Part shown: one piece after another, positions 39,298-49,277 of the stretch
Numbering within the stretch: the first letter of the stretch is position 1
How the letters are laid out: every line of letters starts with the position of its first letter
Origin: Nitrospirota bacterium
GTDB lineage: Bacteria; Nitrospirota; UBA9217
Direction: 5' to 3'
DNA length: 64,000 nucleotides
Assembly: GCA_963840455.1 (NCBI GenBank)
Contig: CAWIYV010000014.1
Coordinates: forward strand, 224,001-288,000
Notes under the pieces: generated by a model
Told to the model about the DNA's origin: nothing
Database searches by the model: none
What the model saw: the letters and a program-made list of their open reading frames with translations, nothing else
Program-made: the position numbers and the translations under genes

Positions 39298-40122
39298 TCA
39301 GTGTTCGATGCGGAATCCGCTGTGGAACGTTTCCACAGTGAACGGAATACCCCAATAACTGACGATCATTGCCATCAATGCTATCAGCGCATACCACGCA
39401 AGCTTCTTGCCGCGCCAGCCGAAGGTTATCCGCAAATGGAGATAGATACCGTAAATAAGCCAGGATATAAGAGACCAGACCTCCACGGGGTCCCAGTTCC
39501 AGTAAGTGCCCTTCACTTGATTCGCCCAGAATGCACCAGATACGATCATAAGCCCATACAGGATGAACCCGCCTGCGACAAACCGGTATCCAAGATTATC
39601 GAGGACCTGCAGCTCAGGCAGCTTGTCATAGATGCCCCCGGAGTTCCGTTCTTTGAGCAGGTACATCAGACCCATACCTGCCGCGGTCAAGACCGCACCG
39701 AACCCGGCTGCCGCGCCGATGATATGAGCCCAGATCCATCCGCTCTGCAGCGCGGGGGACAACTGGGTTGCCGCATCCTTCACGAGCGTTCCCGCCCATC
39801 CCATGAGCACAAAGGCCACCGGCATGACGAGTACGCCGAGCGGCCGGACCTTTTTATTCATGAACTCGAACGTGAGGAATATCAGCACCGCGCAGAAGAT
39901 TCCGAATGTGATGGATTCCGAGATCGTAATGAACGGGCTAATGCCGGTCCTCATCCAGCGGAGAGCAATGACAAGGACATGGGGGACGAACCCGGCGAGG
40001 GTGCTGTACAGGCCGAAAGCAAAGAGTTTATCATGCTTCGAGATAATGCCGAAAATATAACTGCACGCACTCAATCCGTAAAGTCCCACGGCGATCCAAA
40101 ACAACATGTGTTCAGTCTTCAT
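39298..40122 (-). CDS. ccsA: Cytochrome c biogenesis protein CcsA/ResC (System II)
   Basis: PALQSGW..AH and WWD-type motif GAFWANQVKGTYWNWDPVEVW (E preceded by V rather than the usual K), C-terminal H. Confidence 0.9.
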   Translation of the reverse strand: MKTEHMLFWIAVGLYGLSACSYIFGIISKHDKLFAFGLYSTLAGFVPHVLVIALRWMRTGISPFITISESITFGIFCAVLIFLTFEFMNKKVRPLGVLVMPVAFVLMGWAGTLVKDAATQLSPALQSGWIWAHIIGAAAGFGAVLTAAGMGLMYLLKERNSGGIYDKLPELQVLDNLGYRFVAGGFILYGLMIVSGAFWANQVKGTYWNWDPVEVWSLISWLIYGIYLHLRITFGWRGKKLAWYALIALMAMIVSYWGIPFTVETFHSGFRIEH

Positions 40123-40241
40123 ATGCGCTCCTTATCGTTCCTCGTGAAAAGCCGTGAAATACCTGCAGTGCATTACCTCCGGCCGTCATAGTCCTTTTCA
40201 GTAATTCCGTGTCTGTGCAAGAGGATCACGATTTTTTACGT

Positions 40242-41366
40242 TCACGCGATCTTCTCTTCGAACCTGCTCCTTCTCATCCGCCCGATGAACGTCAAGATCA
40301 TGCCGCCCAAACCGACCCAAAGACTGGTCAGTACGATCGGTTTTCCCGGCTCATAGCGCACATTCATTCCAACCCAATAGCGAACTTCTTTTGCTTCAAG
40401 GTAATAATTGCCAACGTTCACCCTATTGCCGATGGCCGCTTTGCCTTCTGCAACAGCATATCCGCCCGGTCCCGGATCCTCTCCTTGAATCGGCCATACC
40501 TGGTAAAACGCTTCTCCAGCCCTCTCCCTTCCCTTGAGCAACGACGGACGATAGGCAACCTGGATACCGAACAGGGGCTTCAACGGGTCCTGCGGAAAGG
40601 GGAATGGTCCCGGACCCTCCCTTGTGCCGGTCGTGTAGAGATAGGATTCGTCCTTCTGTTTAAGGCTTTGAAGCGGAACATGTGCACCATAGAGTGCCTT
40701 TCCTGACTTATTATAAAGCATGATCAGGAGAGAATAGCCTTCTTTGTCACGGAAGTAGTCGAAACCATTATTGTCAAGCTTGTGCGTAACATAAATTATC
40801 CCCTGTTTTCTTGAGCGGCCTTCGCCTACAGCAACCTCATACGCCACTTGTTTATCTGCGCCATCTACGCTGTAATCTCTGTGCATTTGTATGAGGGTGG
40901 TTTCGCCTTTCAGCTTTGAAAAGGCGAAGAAACGTCCATGGTCGAACGCGTCATAGCTCTGTGGGTCGCCACTCGGGAGGGTCTCCCCTTCGGTCAGCCT
41001 GATCGTGCCTCGGAAGTAAAACAGGCTGTTATAGATGACTCCGCCCAGCATGGCAACAAAGCTTACGTGGAACAGGATCATGCCGAGCGAGATCAACGTC
41101 ACTTTCCTGCCCCATATCCTGCCGAAAAAGCAGAACGCCACATTCAGTACGAGAAGAACGAGAAGACCGTTGAACCAGAGCGTATTGAATATTAATGACC
41201 AGGCCTGTTCTCCACGAAGGACCGTGACTCCTGCCACACAGCACAGGAGAAGGGTGATCAGCAATACCAGGGCAAGCCTGGCCGATGCCATGAAATTGTA
41301 TGTCTTCCGCACGACAAGGGGGAACAGCTTATGGGGAGGATCAGGTGATGCGTTATTATATGGCAT
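40242..41366 (-). CDS. ResB/CcsB-like cytochrome c biogenesis protein
   Basis: Three N-terminal TMs with FNTLWF and LFHVS, large periplasmic domain, C-terminal EPG..IV TM; adjacent to ccsA. Confidence 0.78.
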   Translation of the reverse strand: MPYNNASPDPPHKLFPLVVRKTYNFMASARLALVLLITLLLCCVAGVTVLRGEQAWSLIFNTLWFNGLLVLLVLNVAFCFFGRIWGRKVTLISLGMILFHVSFVAMLGGVIYNSLFYFRGTIRLTEGETLPSGDPQSYDAFDHGRFFAFSKLKGETTLIQMHRDYSVDGADKQVAYEVAVGEGRSRKQGIIYVTHKLDNNGFDYFRDKEGYSLLIMLYNKSGKALYGAHVPLQSLKQKDESYLYTTGTREGPGPFPFPQDPLKPLFGIQVAYRPSLLKGRERAGEAFYQVWPIQGEDPGPGGYAVAEGKAAIGNRVNVGNYYLEAKEVRYWVGMNVRYEPGKPIVLTSLWVGLGGMILTFIGRMRRSRFEEKIA

Positions 41367-41623
41367 CGTATTTAATATTACTATAGCAGTTCACTGAATT
41401 GAATTGCGCCAGGCCCTTCGATCCGACGAGACTAAGCACAGGACCCATGCGGCAACTCTATAATAGAAAGTGAACCATCTCTATACCCAAAACAGCATGA
41501 TATTTCATTGCAGCGGAGAAGATCAGCGGTTTTGACGTAAAAAATAACGGGACAAACCCTGCATGCCGAAACGGGTAGTACTACTATCACCGTCATATGG
41601 GCATTCATGACTGTGATAAGAAC

Positions 41624-41653
41624 AAAAAGCCCCGCCTTTTCGGGCAGGGCTTG
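41624..41653 (-). terminator. Terminator after the 844-aa cytochrome
   Basis: AAAAAGCCCCGCC-tttt-CGGGCAGGGCTT, giving a U-tract on the minus strand. Confidence 0.6.
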
Positions 41654-41676
41654 ATGTATGATACTACGATCAAACG

Positions 41677-44202
41677 TTAATACGTTCCGCCAACTGAATA
41701 ATTTTGTGATCCCTGACTGCAGGGACTTACATTTCCACCCATACAGGTCGGATTGGTGTACGTAGTTGCGCCAATTCTCTTCGGCTGATGCTGCGGCAAC
41801 ACCTGTCTATTCCGAATGAACGCAACTGGAGTCGGATCCGTAGACCATCTGCTCGTCGCCGTAAGAAGTGTACCGACTGTGCCCAGTGCGTTGCTGCCGT
41901 GAGTATCCTGAGCACGAATAGGTCGAGGAACAACGGTTGTATAACCACTGCTATGACAAATATTGCAGCCGTACTGTGCGTACACTGTCATACCGCTATT
42001 ATTACCAGTCTGCCATGCAGAGCCTGTCCCATGAGGGGACACTGTATAACCGGCATGGCAAACCTGACATAACGTCACCGAATTAGCAGCTGAAGGTGTC
42101 CCGCTCACAGTCGCAATACCCCTGATAGTTTGAGCGTTACCATGGGCCGCAACCGTACGCGTGGTGAGTGGAGATGCTCCTGATACGTTATGACAGTCAA
42201 AGCAGTTTATAACCACACCTTGGCTGAGCGTACCAGCAGTTCCTCTTGTTCCTGTCGGCTTATAGGGATCATTCATTCTAGCAGCAGTTGGGAAGTCCCT
42301 GTTCTTTGGTCCTAGCACAGGATGCCAGGAGCTATTCGATGTCGCCAATTGTGTTTTAACATCAACAACACCGCCGAGAGCAGCAGCGCCATTAGCCACC
42401 GTATAATTTGCGCCCAGATTGACACCGCCAAAAGGCATGAAGGCAGTACCCCCCGGAGTGCGAACTGTCGGATTGGTTGCACCGTTGCTGTCATGGCAGG
42501 CCAGGCAGAACTTCTGGGTCAAGACGTTATCAACATTATTAGATGTGTTTCCGGTTGATGTTCTTGATCCTGCAGCATATGAGGTAGCAAACTTTGTGAA
42601 CGTAAAGGCTCCGCCAGTCATATTCGTGATGGGGGTCTCGCCGGCGCCGTCCGGGTCGCGCAGGTCAATGTTACCGTCACCATGCAAGGCCGATCGCGCT
42701 TGCGTCGCATAGTTACCCTCAAGATGGCAGACGATGCAATCTGCATCGGTAACTGCTCCGCGGCCTGATTTTTTATGGCCCCAAGCCAGACTGAATTCGC
42801 CCACAACGGCATCGCGTGGTGTTCCGTGCGTTCCTGTTTGAGCTGAGGCATGGCAATCAACGCACCTCGCTACCGCGCCGTGACAGAGCGTGTTGTCGAA
42901 GCAGTTCGGCGTTCCGGGCACGGGCGTACTGTAGGTCGGCGGCTGTATATTGTTCCAGTGACAGAGCCCGCAGACGGCGGCATTCGCCATATTAGTCGTC
43001 GAGTGCTTCCTTGTCGACGTCGACTGCCACGGGAAGGCGTGGGGCGAATTCACTCCAGCGCCATGACAGCCGGCCGTGTTCAGACAAGTGGTCGCGGCAG
43101 CGCCGGCGAAATTGGCGCCATGGCAGGTCTGACAGGTACTGAAACCCTGCATGGCCGTGGCACTCGGCGCTGACTTTGCTGCAGCACCGTGGGTGTCAGG
43201 GTTGGCCCACCCCGCGGCATGGCCCACCTGGCCGTGGCAGAGCGTATTGTCAAAACAGCCCACCGGCACCGTCAGGACAACGTAGGACGGAGGTTGCCTG
43301 TTCGCCAGGTGACAAAGCCCGCAAGCAGAAGCATTGGCCACATTAGTCGTCGAGTGCTTCCTTGTCGACGTCGACTGCCACGGGAAGGCGTGGGGCGAAT
43401 TCACTCCAGCGCCATGACAGCCGGCCGTGTTCAGACAAGTGGTCGCGGCAGCGCCGGCGAAATTGGCGCCATGGCAGGTCTGACAGGTACTGAAACCCTG
43501 CATGGCCGTGGCACTCGGCGCTGACTTTGCTGCTGCGCCGTGCTGGTCAGGGTTGGCCCATCCCACGGCATGGCCGACCTGGCCGTGGCACAGGGTATTG
43601 TCAAAGCACCCGACCGGTGTGCCGGACGGCAGGGCGACATAGGTTGGCGGCGTCCTGCCGCTCAGGTGACAGAGTCCGCAAACAGCGGCATTACCCGGAT
43701 CGGTCGTCGAGTGTTTCCTTGTCGACGTCGACTGCCACGGGAAGGCGTGGGGAGAATCCACTCCAGCGCCATGACAGCCGGCCGTGTTCAGACAAGTGGT
43801 CGCGAAGCCACCGGAAAAATCGGCTCCATGGCAGAGCTCACAGTGGGCAAATCCCGTGCTTGAGGAGGGAGCTGCTTTCGCTGCAGCTCCATGCTGTGTC
43901 GGATCGTTCCAGCCTGCCGGATGTCCGGAAGGTCCGTTTGCATGGCATGACATGCCATTAAAGGAAGCGGAATAACAGCTTACCCCGGAAATGCCGCCTT
44001 TCAGGTCTGAGCCGTGGCATTGTGTGCACTGACTCGAGTCAGAGAGAAAGGCCGCCGGGTGGTCCGCGACCCAGTTGTCAGGGTGCTTCCCTGTTTTGGA
44101 ATCAAATATTGTGCCGCCCTTGCGTGCATCGGTGCAAGCGGCAGCCAGCAGCATCAGCCCGATGCTCAGCGTGACGCCAATTCTCATGCTTATCGATGAC
44201 AT
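41677..44202 (-). CDS. Lipoprotein multiheme cytochrome c, 13 CxxCH + 6 CX5CH + 1 CX9CH
   Basis: LAAAC lipobox; three ~118-aa repeats with CLNTAGCH and CFDNTLCH; lower-GC C-terminal half. Confidence 0.92.
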   Translation of the reverse strand: MSSISMRIGVTLSIGLMLLAAACTDARKGGTIFDSKTGKHPDNWVADHPAAFLSDSSQCTQCHGSDLKGGISGVSCYSASFNGMSCHANGPSGHPAGWNDPTQHGAAAKAAPSSSTGFAHCELCHGADFSGGFATTCLNTAGCHGAGVDSPHAFPWQSTSTRKHSTTDPGNAAVCGLCHLSGRTPPTYVALPSGTPVGCFDNTLCHGQVGHAVGWANPDQHGAAAKSAPSATAMQGFSTCQTCHGANFAGAAATTCLNTAGCHGAGVNSPHAFPWQSTSTRKHSTTNVANASACGLCHLANRQPPSYVVLTVPVGCFDNTLCHGQVGHAAGWANPDTHGAAAKSAPSATAMQGFSTCQTCHGANFAGAAATTCLNTAGCHGAGVNSPHAFPWQSTSTRKHSTTNMANAAVCGLCHWNNIQPPTYSTPVPGTPNCFDNTLCHGAVARCVDCHASAQTGTHGTPRDAVVGEFSLAWGHKKSGRGAVTDADCIVCHLEGNYATQARSALHGDGNIDLRDPDGAGETPITNMTGGAFTFTKFATSYAAGSRTSTGNTSNNVDNVLTQKFCLACHDSNGATNPTVRTPGGTAFMPFGGVNLGANYTVANGAAALGGVVDVKTQLATSNSSWHPVLGPKNRDFPTAARMNDPYKPTGTRGTAGTLSQGVVINCFDCHNVSGASPLTTRTVAAHGNAQTIRGIATVSGTPSAANSVTLCQVCHAGYTVSPHGTGSAWQTGNNSGMTVYAQYGCNICHSSGYTTVVPRPIRAQDTHGSNALGTVGTLLTATSRWSTDPTPVAFIRNRQVLPQHQPKRIGATTYTNPTCMGGNVSPCSQGSQNYSVGGTY

Positions 44203-44633
44203 GTTCTGCACCTCTCATTGTTCTTATAGCCGTGGCAGGGGAAGCAGGACGCGGGGTCCAGCTTGCCGTCGATCTTGTGCTGGTTCAGGTAATCCCCGCG
44301 GTGCGGCATCGTTCTCTGCGGGGCATCCTTGTACTTATCGCTGGGCTTCAGCTCTTCCTTGTTCGCATGGCAGTCCGCGCAGAAGGCCTGCGTGTGGCAG
44401 AGCTCGCAGGTCCGCTTCTGCTGGGCAGCCGGGAACTGGTGCCGGCTGGCCCAGTCCTCCCGGTGGTCCATGGCGGTGCGCCAGTCGGTGTGGCAGTTGC
44501 TGCAGACCGGCATGCCCTGCACCTCCATGGGGTGCTTCGCCGGGAGGCTCTGTGTGGTCGCGCAGGCGAACAGAATGCCGGCGATCATCATTGCCATACT
44601 GCCGAGGATCAGGGTCTTTGCTGTTCCGCTCAT
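44190..44633 (-). CDS. Small pentaheme cytochrome c lipoprotein
   Basis: LFAC lipobox; CSNCH, CELCH, CADCH, CFPCH, CRTCH; 3' end overlaps the next start. Confidence 0.92.
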   Translation of the reverse strand: MSGTAKTLILGSMAMMIAGILFACATTQSLPAKHPMEVQGMPVCSNCHTDWRTAMDHREDWASRHQFPAAQQKRTCELCHTQAFCADCHANKEELKPSDKYKDAPQRTMPHRGDYLNQHKIDGKLDPASCFPCHGYKNNERCRTCHR

Positions 44634-44660
44634 GGCCTCTCCTGAATAGATGGTGTTGAC

Positions 44661-45974
44661 CTAAGGCTTCTTCCCGCCGGGCTTTGCGGCGCCAGCGGAC
44701 GGCGCAGTCTTGGCCGCTCCGCCGAGCTTTGCATCGAAGTTATAGACGAAGTTCAGCATGCCGCGTACCTCCCGGATGACGTCGGGATTCGTGACGTACT
44801 CCACGTCGGCGACGATGCGAGCCTTGGGTGAGAAAGTGTAACCTGCAGCAGCGGTCCCCGTGTAGGCATCTGAAATGCCGTTGATCGACTGCTCGTAGGA
44901 CACATGGACGAAATCGAGGGTCATATCCGCTTTGGCGAACTTCTTGAACACGTACACGCGCTGCTCGTCGTAGCGGAGGTCGTCTGCCGGCCCGTTCATG
45001 CGGTGCAGGGCGGCCCCGGCGCCGAAGCCGGCGCCCGTGTACACGATGCTGCCTCCCGCATAGGTCGCCGAATCGTTCAGGACCTGGTAATCGTAGTTCC
45101 GATAATCAGCAATGACCGTGATCGGCCCGCCGATGGTTATGGCGATGCTCCCGCCGGTCATGGTGACGATCTCGCTCGGATCGATGTTCGTGAACGAGAA
45201 GGCGCTCATCAGCATGCTCTGCGTATTATTGACCGCCGAGAAGTATTCTTTATACCAGGTCTTTGAGGCGTCGAGGTTCAGGCGGAACCATGCGAAGGGG
45301 CCGATTGCTGCGTGATACTGGTGCTGCATCCAGTTCTTGGACGAACCGTTATAGGACGATGTGCCCATGAGCTCCAGTTTGCTCAGCGGCCTGATCCACA
45401 GGTCGAGGCCCTCTTCCTTGCGGAAGTCTTTTCCGTCGTTCTTTTCCTTCAGGTAGGACATGCCGATGGTGTAGATGCCGGGCAATCCCTGGGAGACCCT
45501 GCCGCCGTACACTGAATCCCCTGAACGCGTATCGCCGGCGGTCTCGACGGGGTTGCCACCATATGCCGCGATGGTGAAGCCGCCCTTGAGGTCCGTGCGG
45601 GCATAGGCACCGTCGATCTGCGCCGAGGCGACCCCCTCATTTACCCAGAGCCTCCCGAAGCTCAGCGCCGAGTTGCCTGTATTCTTTTTCAGGGTCACAT
45701 AGGCGTATTGGAGGTCACCGGTGGATCTTGTGCCAAATTCTTCGTTCTGCAGATCATACCGGTACCATCCCCCGAAATGGAATGTAACGGCATCCGATCC
45801 CGCATTGCCGGCTTTGAAGTTGAGATATTCATACAGCGGAAGGTACCGCGTGCCGTCCGCGGCCTGCCCGGACTGAAGATAGGTGCGTGACTGCCCCGAA
45901 AGGTCGAGGGCTGAAGCGGTGAAGGGGAGCGAAAAAAGGAGGGACAATGATGCGGCGATGCGAAGTGATCTCAT
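44661..45974 (-). CDS. Putative outer-membrane beta-barrel (porin of a porin-cytochrome unit)
   Basis: Signal peptide, Tyr/Gly-rich alternating beta strands, near-terminal FVYNF; first gene of the cytochrome operon. Confidence 0.75.
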   Translation of the reverse strand: MRSLRIAASLSLLFSLPFTASALDLSGQSRTYLQSGQAADGTRYLPLYEYLNFKAGNAGSDAVTFHFGGWYRYDLQNEEFGTRSTGDLQYAYVTLKKNTGNSALSFGRLWVNEGVASAQIDGAYARTDLKGGFTIAAYGGNPVETAGDTRSGDSVYGGRVSQGLPGIYTIGMSYLKEKNDGKDFRKEEGLDLWIRPLSKLELMGTSSYNGSSKNWMQHQYHAAIGPFAWFRLNLDASKTWYKEYFSAVNNTQSMLMSAFSFTNIDPSEIVTMTGGSIAITIGGPITVIADYRNYDYQVLNDSATYAGGSIVYTGAGFGAGAALHRMNGPADDLRYDEQRVYVFKKFAKADMTLDFVHVSYEQSINGISDAYTGTAAAGYTFSPKARIVADVEYVTNPDVIREVRGMLNFVYNFDAKLGGAAKTAPSAGAAKPGGKKP

Positions 45975-46275
45975 GCGTTCATGCTCCTCGGAAGGTGAGT
46001 TTTCACCACAGATACCGCATATATTGCAGCCATTGTATAGGTTCTTCTTGGCCGTGTCAATAGTGCTCACGGTGATCCTGATCACAAAAATAATCCCACC
46101 CGGGCCCGGGTTTTCACGGACGAATTACCTCGGGAAATGCCTGAGCCCACTGGCTAATCCGGCGATGTGGAAGTCGTCCCTTGATTTCTCCCTGCGGCTA
46201 GTGTACCTTTTACCTATATCTTTCCATCGTGGCCTTGCTGATCGCAGAGGACATGTGAGGGATGAGGAGTTCTGC

Positions 46276-47433
46276 ATGAAGCACACAACGCGAAGATCGT
46301 TCGTTGCTGCAGCCATCGTGCTGGCCGTTGGCGCTCTGGCCTCCTGCGCCACGGTCCATGTCAATCACATTCCGGAGCCGCGGCCGACGGCAAAGCTCCG
46401 GATCTATGTCGAAGCGTTCACCCTGGGGCCGAGCCATTGGTCGTGGTCGGTACCCCATGAACAGCATGCGAAGAACCAGATCATACGGACAGGCAAGTTC
46501 CTGGAGAAGAAGGGGATCTATGAGGTCGTGAGCACCGACGATGTAAAGGCCGTTATCGGGGACCAGGTGCTCTCCTACGATCTCATGAAGAACAACGGGT
46601 GGGCGAATGCCCGCGTGATCGGGAAAGCGCTGCACGCAGACTTTGTGCTGGTCACTGCCCGGAACAAGAGCAATGTGGGGACCGGCGAGTGGACGTTCAT
46701 ATTTACGACCGAGCTCGTGAACGTCGAGACCGGCGCAGCTTTCAGGTCGCAGATAAGCGTCAATAATATCATCGCTTCTGACCAAGAGTTCGCGACCAAG
46801 CTCATGCGGGAGAGCTATCGCGACCTGTTCACGCAGGCCAAACATGACATGATGGCTGTCGCAGTCCGGAAGGGGAGGGCATATGCCCCGCAGGCAGCGC
46901 CAGCCCCTGCGAAGGTCCAGCAGGCGCCGGTGATCGCAAGGCCGGCCGGGCCTTCAGCACCGGCGGCCCCGCCGATCCCTGATATCCCGGGAGCCGGCCT
47001 GTTCGAAGAGCCTAAGCGGGACCCGGGAGCGAAGAAGCTGGTGGTGTACGATCTCGATTCGATTGAACAGTACCGGACCGTTGCGCTGATCCTGGCCGAG
47101 GCCCTGCGTGAAGAGGTGTTCAAGCTAAAGCAGTTCGTGCTGGTGAACCGCGAGGATCTGCAAAAGGTGCTGGAAGAGATGGCACTACAGCAGACCGGCC
47201 TGATCGACGAGAAGCAGGCGGTCAAAACGGGCAAGGGGCTTGCGGCGAACCAGGTGGTGACAGGCCGGCTGGGGCTCCTGGGAAAGACCTTTGTATTGCA
47301 GGCGAAGCGGGTGGACGTGGAGACCTTCAGGACACTGAGTCTTGTCTCAACGAAGTTCACCGAGGGGCAGGAGGACGAAGTGCTGAACACGCTGCCCGAT
47401 TTCGTCCGGACGTTGGCAGGGCAGCAGCAGTAG
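46276..47433 (+). CDS. Lipoprotein with CsgG/FlgO-like domains
   Basis: LASC lipobox; LVNREDLQKVLEEMALQQTGL...GKGLAANQVVTG; SD GAGGAG. Confidence 0.72.
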   Translation: MKHTTRRSFVAAAIVLAVGALASCATVHVNHIPEPRPTAKLRIYVEAFTLGPSHWSWSVPHEQHAKNQIIRTGKFLEKKGIYEVVSTDDVKAVIGDQVLSYDLMKNNGWANARVIGKALHADFVLVTARNKSNVGTGEWTFIFTTELVNVETGAAFRSQISVNNIIASDQEFATKLMRESYRDLFTQAKHDMMAVAVRKGRAYAPQAAPAPAKVQQAPVIARPAGPSAPAAPPIPDIPGAGLFEEPKRDPGAKKLVVYDLDSIEQYRTVALILAEALREEVFKLKQFVLVNREDLQKVLEEMALQQTGLIDEKQAVKTGKGLAANQVVTGRLGLLGKTFVLQAKRVDVETFRTLSLVSTKFTEGQEDEVLNTLPDFVRTLAGQQQ

Positions 47434-47473
47434 AACGGCTGTTCAATGAACGCGCGTTCCCAAGGAGGAGCCT

Positions 47474-48037
47474 ATGGACCTGTTCGAAGCGATCAAGACC
47501 CGGAGGAGTGTCAGGAAGTATGCCGACAAGCCCGTGGAGGACGAGAAGCTGGAAGCGGTGCTCGAGGCAGTGCGGCTGGCGCCGTCGTGGGCGAACATGC
47601 AGTGCTGGCGCATGGTGGTGGTCAGGGACGCGAAGGTGAAGGAGACGCTGAGTGACCTGTCCTATGTCGAGTCCTACTTCTCCCCGAAAGGGTACAAGGC
47701 GAACCCGTCCAAGAAGGCCCTTGCCGAGGCGCCAATGGTCATCGTCCTCTGCGCCGAGCCGCAGCAGTCGGGGGCGATCTGGGGCCAGAACTACTACCTC
47801 GTGGATGCCGGGATCGCGTCGGAGAACCTCATGCTCGCCGCCCGGGCCCAGGGGCTCGGCACGGTGTTCGTGGGCGTCTATGACGAGGTGAAGGTGAAGG
47901 GCATCCTGAACATCCCGGTGAACGTCAGGGTCGTGGGGCTTTTCCCCCTCGGCTATCCGGCAGCGGAGCAGACGGCCGGGCCTCCCCGCAAGCCGATGCA
48001 GGAGATCTGCTTCCACGGCATGTGGGGAGAACAATAG
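47474..48037 (+). CDS. Nitroreductase family protein
   Basis: [29 protein letters not shown]. Confidence 0.92.
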   Translation: MDLFEAIKTRRSVRKYADKPVEDEKLEAVLEAVRLAPSWANMQCWRMVVVRDAKVKETLSDLSYVESYFSPKGYKANPSKKALAEAPMVIVLCAEPQQSGAIWGQNYYLVDAGIASENLMLAARAQGLGTVFVGVYDEVKVKGILNIPVNVRVVGLFPLGYPAAEQTAGPPRKPMQEICFHGMWGEQ

Positions 48038-48124
48038 GGGAGACGGCCGGGACAGTTCCTGATGTTTCAGGTACGAGGGGCGGGCCCGGCCCGACCCTGA
48101 TTTGAGAACGGAGGCCATACAAGA

Positions 48125-48964
48125 ATGAAGATCACGTGCTGGGGGGCCAGGGGGTCCATCGCGGTGTCCGGGAAGGACTACGTGAAGTACGGTGGCGACA
48201 CGACGTGCGTTGAGGTCCGGAGCAAGAACAACGACATCATCATCCTTGACGCGGGCACCGGCATGCGGCGTCTCGGAAACAAGCTCCTCGCCTCCAATGA
48301 GCGCGACCTCAGCATCCTCTTCACGCACGCCCACTGGGATCACCTCATGGGATTTCCCTTCTTCAAGCCGATCTATATGAAAGGGACGTCGATCTCGATG
48401 TATGGCTGTCCGTACGCGCAGAAATCCGTCAAGGCCATGATCGGCAACACCATGGCAGCGCCTTATTTCCCCGTGGACTACGGCCTGTTGCAGGCAGAGA
48501 TCTCCTCCCACAGCGTGTGCAAGGAATCGTTCCAGATCGGGCCGGTTACCATCACGCCCATAGCCCTGAGCCATCCGAACATGGGGATCGGGTACAGGTT
48601 CGCCGAGGACGGCAAGAGCTTTGTTTTCCTGACGGACAACGAGCTGGCGCACAAGCACCATGGCGGCCTCGGCTATGATGATTACCTCCGGTTCTCCGAA
48701 GGCGCCGACCTGCTGGTCCACGACGCGGAATATACACCGGACCAGTATGCGATGACCAAGGGGTGGGGGCATTCCCTCTATACCGATGCCCTGCGCCTGG
48801 CCATGGAGGCAAAGGTAAGGCGATTCGGCTTGTTCCATCACAACCAGGACCGTACGGACGCGCAGCAGGACAAGATCGTTGACGACTGCAGAAGCATCGC
48901 CAAAGAGAAGAAGGTGCAGCTCTCCTGCTTTGCCCTCGAGCCGCAAATGGAGATTTCGCTGTAG
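48125..48964 (+). CDS. MBL-fold metallo-hydrolase
   Basis: WGARGS, GGDTTC, DAGTG, THAHWDH, WGHS, LFHH. Confidence 0.9.
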   Translation: MKITCWGARGSIAVSGKDYVKYGGDTTCVEVRSKNNDIIILDAGTGMRRLGNKLLASNERDLSILFTHAHWDHLMGFPFFKPIYMKGTSISMYGCPYAQKSVKAMIGNTMAAPYFPVDYGLLQAEISSHSVCKESFQIGPVTITPIALSHPNMGIGYRFAEDGKSFVFLTDNELAHKHHGGLGYDDYLRFSEGADLLVHDAEYTPDQYAMTKGWGHSLYTDALRLAMEAKVRRFGLFHHNQDRTDAQQDKIVDDCRSIAKEKKVQLSCFALEPQMEISL

Positions 48965-49024
48965 CCCGGCCCTTCAATTCCCACGGTCCTTTCTCCCGTC
49001 TCTTTTTTCTGGACCTTGCAACGC

Positions 49025-49246
49025 ATGAACATCGGCATACAGACCTGGGGATCCGAAGGCGATGTGCGGCCGTTCCTTGCCCTCGCGGCGGGACTGCGGG
49101 CGGCGGGGCACGACGTGACCCTAGCGGTCACCCGCGTTATGATTGATGTGGATGTGCATAACGCCCGTTTGCTCGATATCAAAGAGTTTGAGTCATGGCA
49201 GCGGCTGGGGCACCGTGCCGACGCCGGTGTTCTGATAGTACAATGA
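49025..49246 (+). pseudogene. Truncated GT1-family glycosyltransferase (N-terminus only)
   Basis: MNIGIQTWGSEGDVRPFLALAAGLRAAGHDVTLA, then loses homology and stops at ~73 aa. Confidence 0.75.
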
Positions 49247-49277
49247 AAGAAAAATACTATTCGACGGGGAGGCTACT

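Noticed and set aside
45883-46275. ORF-track N-terminal extensions of the divergent porin and CsgG-like genes
   Set aside because: They overlap each other; signal peptides begin at 45974 (-) and 46276 (+).
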